From the NCBI GenBank assembly GCA_023246355.1, contig JAHFIQ010000003.1, positions 13,968 through 77,967 of the forward strand: a DNA stretch of 64,000 nt, read 5' to 3'. Each line of letters starts with the position of its first letter. Within the stretch, counting starts at the first letter, position 1. This DNA comes from Candidatus Uhrbacteria bacterium. GTDB lineage: Bacteria; Patescibacteriota; Patescibacteriia; UBA9934; GWF2-40-263. Under the pieces are notes generated by a model, which searched no databases, had not been told where the DNA came from, and saw only the letters and a list, made by a program, of their open reading frames with translations. Position numbers and translations under genes: made by a program. This document shows positions 59,485 to 64,000 of the stretch, in pieces.

Positions 59485-60192
59485 CTAGGCCTCCTGAGTC
59501 ATTCCATGCCCTGGTGTTAACTGAGCAAACGAGTCAATCAAAATCTTTGCTGATTGTTCAACGGCCTCCTGTGGGGTGATCGTTCCGTCCGTTTCAATGG
59601 TCATGATGAGCTTGTCAAAGTTGGTGATTTCACCAACACGCGTGTTTTCCACACGGTATCCCACATTGCGAATCGGAGAAAAGAGAGAATCGATGGCAAT
59701 CGTTCCAAGCTCCTGCACTTCATTCACTCGTTCCTCGGTTGGAGAATAGCCACGACCCTTACGCACAGTGAGTTCTGCATCAAAAACCGCGGAATCCTCG
59801 GTCACCGTAGCGATGACCAAATCTGGATTCATAATTTCGACATCCGCGTTTGGAGTAATGTCAGCAGCCGTAACCGTTTTTGAGCCTTTGACGTGCAAAG
59901 AAAGCTTCACAGACTCATCAGAAAAACACTTCAATCGCAAACCCTTTAGATTCAAAATGATTTCAAGGGCATCTTCCTTCACACCCTTTACGGCCTGAAA
60001 TTCGTGGTTCACGCCTTTCATTTTCACCGCGGTCACGGCGGCTCCTGAAAGAGAGGAAAGAAGAACGCGGCGCAGGGCATTTCCCAGCGTCGTTCCGTAC
60101 CCATGGAAACAAGGCTCGACAATCAACACCCCTTCGTTGGGGCGAGTGCCGGCTTCGTACTGGATACGCGATGGAAGAAGGATGTTCTCCAT
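59485..60192 (-). CDS. rpoA: RNA polymerase alpha subunit (N-terminal domain only)
   Basis: GYGTTLGNALRRVLLSS, FSPI, VENTRV; ends at 235 aa. Confidence 0.97.
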   Translation of the reverse strand: MENILLPSRIQYEAGTRPNEGVLIVEPCFHGYGTTLGNALRRVLLSSLSGAAVTAVKMKGVNHEFQAVKGVKEDALEIILNLKGLRLKCFSDESVKLSLHVKGSKTVTAADITPNADVEIMNPDLVIATVTEDSAVFDAELTVRKGRGYSPTEERVNEVQELGTIAIDSLFSPIRNVGYRVENTRVGEITNFDKLIMTIETDGTITPQEAVEQSAKILIDSFAQLTPGHGMTQEA

Positions 60193-60207
60193 ACGATGAT
60201 AAAAAGA

Positions 60208-60822
60208 CTAACGAGAGTAAAATTCGACAATAAGGGTTGGCGCAAAACCTTGATCCAGATCCTCGCCTTCAGGCATGGCCGTGACTTTTCCGCTGAGTTC
60301 CTTGTCCGCACGTGCCACCCACTTTGGCGTTGTGGCGAGCTTCATGGTCTCAGGAATCATTTTGACCAATGGTTTCTCCAGCTTTGTTTCCTTCACGCCA
60401 ATCACATCGCCAACAGCAACCGCAAACGATGGAATATCGACGCTCTCACCATTAACCAGGATAAATCCATGACTGACCATTTGACGAGCTTGGCGACGAG
60501 TCTTTGCCCAACCAAGACGATACACAACGTTATCCAATCGCATCTCAAGCATCCGAACAAGGATTTCAGCCGTGTTCCCTTTTCCACTTGAGGCCTTCGA
60601 AAAAATATTTCGAAATTGTCGCTCCATCACACCGTACAAAGCCTTCGCTTTTTGCTTTTCCAAAAGCTGCTCACCGTAGGCAGACATGCGAGGTCGCATT
60701 TTGGACTGCTTAGGTCCATGCACACCAGGTGGATAGGCACGACGACGAGCGAACTTCTCTTTCCCAAGAACCAAACCAAGTCGTCGAGAACGTTTAACAA
60801 TAGAGGAAGTGTTTCTTGCCAT
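60208..60822 (-). CDS. rpsD: 30S ribosomal protein S4
   Basis: PGVHG, EKQK, RLDNVVYR, VEFYSR. Confidence 0.97.
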   Translation of the reverse strand: MARNTSSIVKRSRRLGLVLGKEKFARRRAYPPGVHGPKQSKMRPRMSAYGEQLLEKQKAKALYGVMERQFRNIFSKASSGKGNTAEILVRMLEMRLDNVVYRLGWAKTRRQARQMVSHGFILVNGESVDIPSFAVAVGDVIGVKETKLEKPLVKMIPETMKLATTPKWVARADKELSGKVTAMPEGEDLDQGFAPTLIVEFYSR

Positions 60823-60825
60823 AGA

Positions 60826-61242
60826 CTAGACGCGGCGTGGCTTAGGCGCACGGCACCCGTTGTGTGGAAGTGGAGTGATGTCCTTAATGGAAAGCACTTG
60901 AAACCCGTTGGCGTTCAGAGCTCGGATAGCAGAATCACGTCCCGTACCCACGCCCTTCACGTAGACGTTCACCTCTCGCAAACCGCTTTCTTTCACGCGA
61001 TCCGTTGCTGTTTTTACCACCACCCCTGCGGCGTAAGGCGTTGATTTCTTTGGGCCTTTAAACCCGCAGTTTCCAGCCGATGACCAAGCAAGCGTGTTGC
61101 CATTCAAATCCGTAAGTGTGACAATCGTATTGTTGTACGTAGCCTGAATATAGGCAGATCCCTGTGAGACCTGAGGCATGGCTTTTTTCTTTTTTGCTCG
61201 CGCCGCAGGAGCAGCGGCTGGGGCTTTCAACTCAGTGGTCAT
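60826..61242 (-). CDS. rpsK: 30S ribosomal protein S11
   Basis: NNTIVT, KSTPYAA, PHNGCR. Confidence 0.98.
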   Translation of the reverse strand: MTTELKAPAAAPAARAKKKKAMPQVSQGSAYIQATYNNTIVTLTDLNGNTLAWSSAGNCGFKGPKKSTPYAAGVVVKTATDRVKESGLREVNVYVKGVGTGRDSAIRALNANGFQVLSIKDITPLPHNGCRAPKPRRV

Positions 61243-61246
61243 AGCG

Positions 61247-61633
61247 TTATGTCTTTGTCAATGCACGGCGTCCACTTCCCATCGTCTTGCGCATATTGCC
61301 ACGGACGGTACGAGAATTGGATTTTGTCCGCTGGCCACGTACGGGAAGATGCTTGGCATGCCGTGATCCACGATAGGAACCGATTTCTTTTAGACGTTTG
61401 ATGCTGGCGAGACGATCGCGTCGCAAATCACCCTCAAGGCGATGGCCTTTTTCAATCAACGTTCGGATACTGTTGACTTGGTCGTCTGTGAGGTCCTTCA
61501 CGCGAATATCCTCACTCACTCCTGCGTCTTTCAAAACTTTCACGGCTGTGGGTTTCCCGATACCGTAAACGTACGTGAGAGCGATCACGACGCGTTTTTG
61601 AGTTGGGATGTTGATTCCAGCAATACGTGCCAT
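61247..61633 (-). CDS. rpsM: 30S ribosomal protein S13
   Basis: [14 protein letters not shown]. Confidence 0.98.
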   Translation of the reverse strand: MARIAGINIPTQKRVVIALTYVYGIGKPTAVKVLKDAGVSEDIRVKDLTDDQVNSIRTLIEKGHRLEGDLRRDRLASIKRLKEIGSYRGSRHAKHLPVRGQRTKSNSRTVRGNMRKTMGSGRRALTKT

Positions 61634-61634
61634 A

Positions 61635-61748
61635 TTATCCTTGTCTCTGCTTATGGCGTGGATTTTTACAGGCCACAACCACGCGACCGTTGCGACGGCT
61701 CACTTTACAATCACGACAGATTTTTTTCGCCGAGGCTCTTACTTTCAT
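61635..61748 (-). CDS. rpmJ: 50S ribosomal protein L36 (not in the ORF track)
   Basis: [37 protein letters not shown]. Confidence 0.97.
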   Translation of the reverse strand: MKVRASAKKICRDCKVSRRNGRVVVACKNPRHKQRQG

Positions 61749-61751
61749 AAC

Positions 61752-61973
61752 TTAAAAACGATACACCACACGCCCTTTCGTCAGGTCATACGGACTGATC
61801 TCGACTTTTACCTCATCGCCAGGAAGCAGACGGATTCGGAACCTGCGCATCTTCCCTGAGAGGTGGCCGGTGATCGTTTGATCATTTTCGAGCTTAATTT
61901 TGAAGGTGGCAGACGGCAGAAGCTCTTCTACCGTGCCCCGCATCTCAATGAAATCTTTTGTCCCCTTGTCCAT
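61752..61973 (-). CDS. infA: Translation initiation factor IF-1
   Basis: [16 protein letters not shown]. Confidence 0.97.
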   Translation of the reverse strand: MDKGTKDFIEMRGTVEELLPSATFKIKLENDQTITGHLSGKMRRFRIRLLPGDEVKVEISPYDLTKGRVVYRF

Positions 61974-62088
61974 AAGAAAATAGCGTCCCAATCCTATCAT
62001 TGACCGGGATGGTTGGCAAGGAAAACCTGGAGATTTAAGGCGTCGGTATTGTACTGATCGTTCCAGTGAGTGTCAAGAAATGATCTTT

Positions 62089-63966
62089 TCACTCTAAAAC
62101 CGCCTTTATTCGACGAATACCGCTTGCCACGGCTTCTTCTTTTTGAATGCGAAACGTCCCCAAACCTCCGGTTCTTTCCACATGTGGACCGCCGCAGACT
62201 TCCTTGCTAAACGACTCTGCTGAAGCGTCTCCACCGATAAAGTAGACTTTGATCTTCCCACCGAGCTGTGCATACTTGTCTTCAAAGAGCCCGATCGCCC
62301 CACGATTCTTCGCCTCATCAAGATCAAGAATCTCAAAATGGACGGGCAGATCTTTTTGGATCTGTTCGTTCACAATCATCTCAACCTGCTTCTTTTCCTC
62401 TTCCGTCATTTTTTGAGGATGAGAGAAATCAAACCGCAGACGCTCTCCGGTGATGTTGGATCCCTTTTGTTCCACATGGGATCCCAAGACGGTTCTCAGA
62501 GCCTGATGCAGCATGTGTGTTGCCGTATGAAGACGTACGACTTCATCAGAATGATCAGCAAGCCCACCAGCGAATTTTTGCGCAGAGCCTGCTCGTGACA
62601 AATCTTGATGTTTTTTAAATTCGTCCTGAAAAACTTCCCGGTCGACCTGTTGACCTTTTTCTCGTGCCAACTCCTCAGTGAGCTCCCAAGGGAACCCATA
62701 AGATTGATAGAGGTTGAAGGCATCAGATCCGCTCACGATGCCCTTCATTGAGAGCTTTTCAAACTCTCGGAGGCCTTTTTCCAATGAGGCTTTGAACTTT
62801 TCTTCCTCCTTGGTGAGTTCATCCACAATCACGTGCTTCTTTTGGAGCAATTCTGGATAGGCATTTGCATACTCTTGAATAAACGCCTGAGCCACAGATC
62901 CACAAAAAACATCCTTCGCACCGATCATATTTCCAAACCGCACAGCACGTCTCACCAGACGGCGAACGTAGTAACCCTGATCTTTGTTGGAGGGAACCAC
63001 CCCGTCGGCGATCAGAAATGTCGCAGCACGAATATGGTCGAGAATCACTCGGAAGGCATACGTCCCATTGGTCTCATTGGACGAATAGGACCTACCAGAA
63101 ATTCCTTCGATCACTCGGCGAGCCTCATCAAACGCATCAATCAAAAACATGTCTGGCTCGTTAGCCACAGCGGCCGCAAGGCGTTCCAGCCCCCCACCAA
63201 AATCCACATTTGCCTTTGGCAGTAATTCAAATCCATCGGACGTCTTCTTGTACTGCATGAATACGTTGTTGCCAATTTCCATGAACCGACCGCAATCACA
63301 ATTCACGTGACAGGGTTCCGTGGAGAATGACGACTTCTCATGAAGTCCGCGTTCAACGCCAAAATCCCAAAACAATTCCGAGTCCGGCCCGCCGGGCTCT
63401 CCGATGGGCATGTTTTCAGGAATCCCCGATCGCGACCACCAATTTTTCTTTTCGCCATAAGAAAAAATTCTCCCGTCCTGCATCCCATCGCGTTCTGAGA
63501 AATCCACATCCTTTGCCTGAATTCCGACCGAAGCAAACACCTCCTTCCAATAGCTCACCGTTTCATCGTCGCGGGGGATCTCCTTGTTGCCGGAGAACAC
63601 GGTCACGTACAAACGTCTCGGATCCAACGGTAGCTCTCGTGTGAGAAACTCAAACATCCAGGCGACTTGTTCTTTTTTGAAGTAGTCACCCAAGGACCAA
63701 TTCCCGAGCATTTCAAAAAAAGTCGTATGGCGATTATCCCCTACCTCATCGATATCCTGTGAGCGAAAACATTTTTGTGAATCCGCAAGACGTGTCCCTT
63801 GTGGATGGGTCTCACCCAACAAATAGGGAACCATTGGCTGCATGCCTGAGCCTGTAAACAGTGTGGATGGGTCATTTTCTGGCAAGAGCGAAGAGGATGG
63901 AAGGACCTGATGACCGCGGGCAGCGAAAAAATCAAGGTAGCGTTGTCGGATCTCGTGGATAGTCAT
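62089..63966 (-). CDS. alaS: Alanyl-tRNA synthetase lacking the C-Ala domain
   Basis: HTTFFEMLGNWS, GLERL, HTATH, CGGPH; ends at GIRRIKAVLE. Confidence 0.96.
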   Translation of the reverse strand: MTIHEIRQRYLDFFAARGHQVLPSSSLLPENDPSTLFTGSGMQPMVPYLLGETHPQGTRLADSQKCFRSQDIDEVGDNRHTTFFEMLGNWSLGDYFKKEQVAWMFEFLTRELPLDPRRLYVTVFSGNKEIPRDDETVSYWKEVFASVGIQAKDVDFSERDGMQDGRIFSYGEKKNWWSRSGIPENMPIGEPGGPDSELFWDFGVERGLHEKSSFSTEPCHVNCDCGRFMEIGNNVFMQYKKTSDGFELLPKANVDFGGGLERLAAAVANEPDMFLIDAFDEARRVIEGISGRSYSSNETNGTYAFRVILDHIRAATFLIADGVVPSNKDQGYYVRRLVRRAVRFGNMIGAKDVFCGSVAQAFIQEYANAYPELLQKKHVIVDELTKEEEKFKASLEKGLREFEKLSMKGIVSGSDAFNLYQSYGFPWELTEELAREKGQQVDREVFQDEFKKHQDLSRAGSAQKFAGGLADHSDEVVRLHTATHMLHQALRTVLGSHVEQKGSNITGERLRFDFSHPQKMTEEEKKQVEMIVNEQIQKDLPVHFEILDLDEAKNRGAIGLFEDKYAQLGGKIKVYFIGGDASAESFSKEVCGGPHVERTGGLGTFRIQKEEAVASGIRRIKAVLE

Positions 63967-64000
63967 AACGGACGCATTCTACAAAATCTGGATACAGATC

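Overview
Chromosomal window from a reduced-genome bacterium, most likely Patescibacteria/CPR. This is an inference from RpoA lacking its C-terminal domain, a truncated AlaS, short L13 and ATP synthase delta, a PriA without Walker motifs, and housekeeping genes without Shine-Dalgarno (SD) sequences; TGA is used as a stop codon. Most of the window is housekeeping: VKOR/CcdA, pepA, ahpC, rsmI-metG-cvpA-tatD, a complete F1Fo atp operon, a UvrD-nuclease fusion, mreBCD-mrdA-greA-lysS-alr-ftsQ, gltX, clpB with a CIRCE operator, priA-def-fmt, a Wzx/GT4/GT2/O-antigen-ligase-like cluster, the infA-to-rpsI ribosomal cluster and alaS. I saw no rRNA, tRNA, CRISPR array, transposase or integrase. The unexplained structure is: (1) a wHTH plus Cas2/PaaX-like gene bracketed exactly by two direct copies of a 39-bp palindromic site (core CGTACGTACG), with a third solitary copy 6.6 kb away that resembles an empty site; (2) degenerate 7- and 9-bp tandem arrays on stop codons and gene junctions, including five atp junctions, sometimes as inverted pairs and sometimes in frame inside genes; (3) seven GC-rich orphan genes that each carry a -35-like box and an SD (five also have a well-spaced -10, most a terminator), unlike the host genes; (4) an unlisted 39-aa, very basic ORF with its own promoter and terminator; (5) a tandem pair of diverged orphan paralogues and a pair of beta-carbonic-anhydrase-like proteins. 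All assignments come from motif recognition by eye; no database searches were run.
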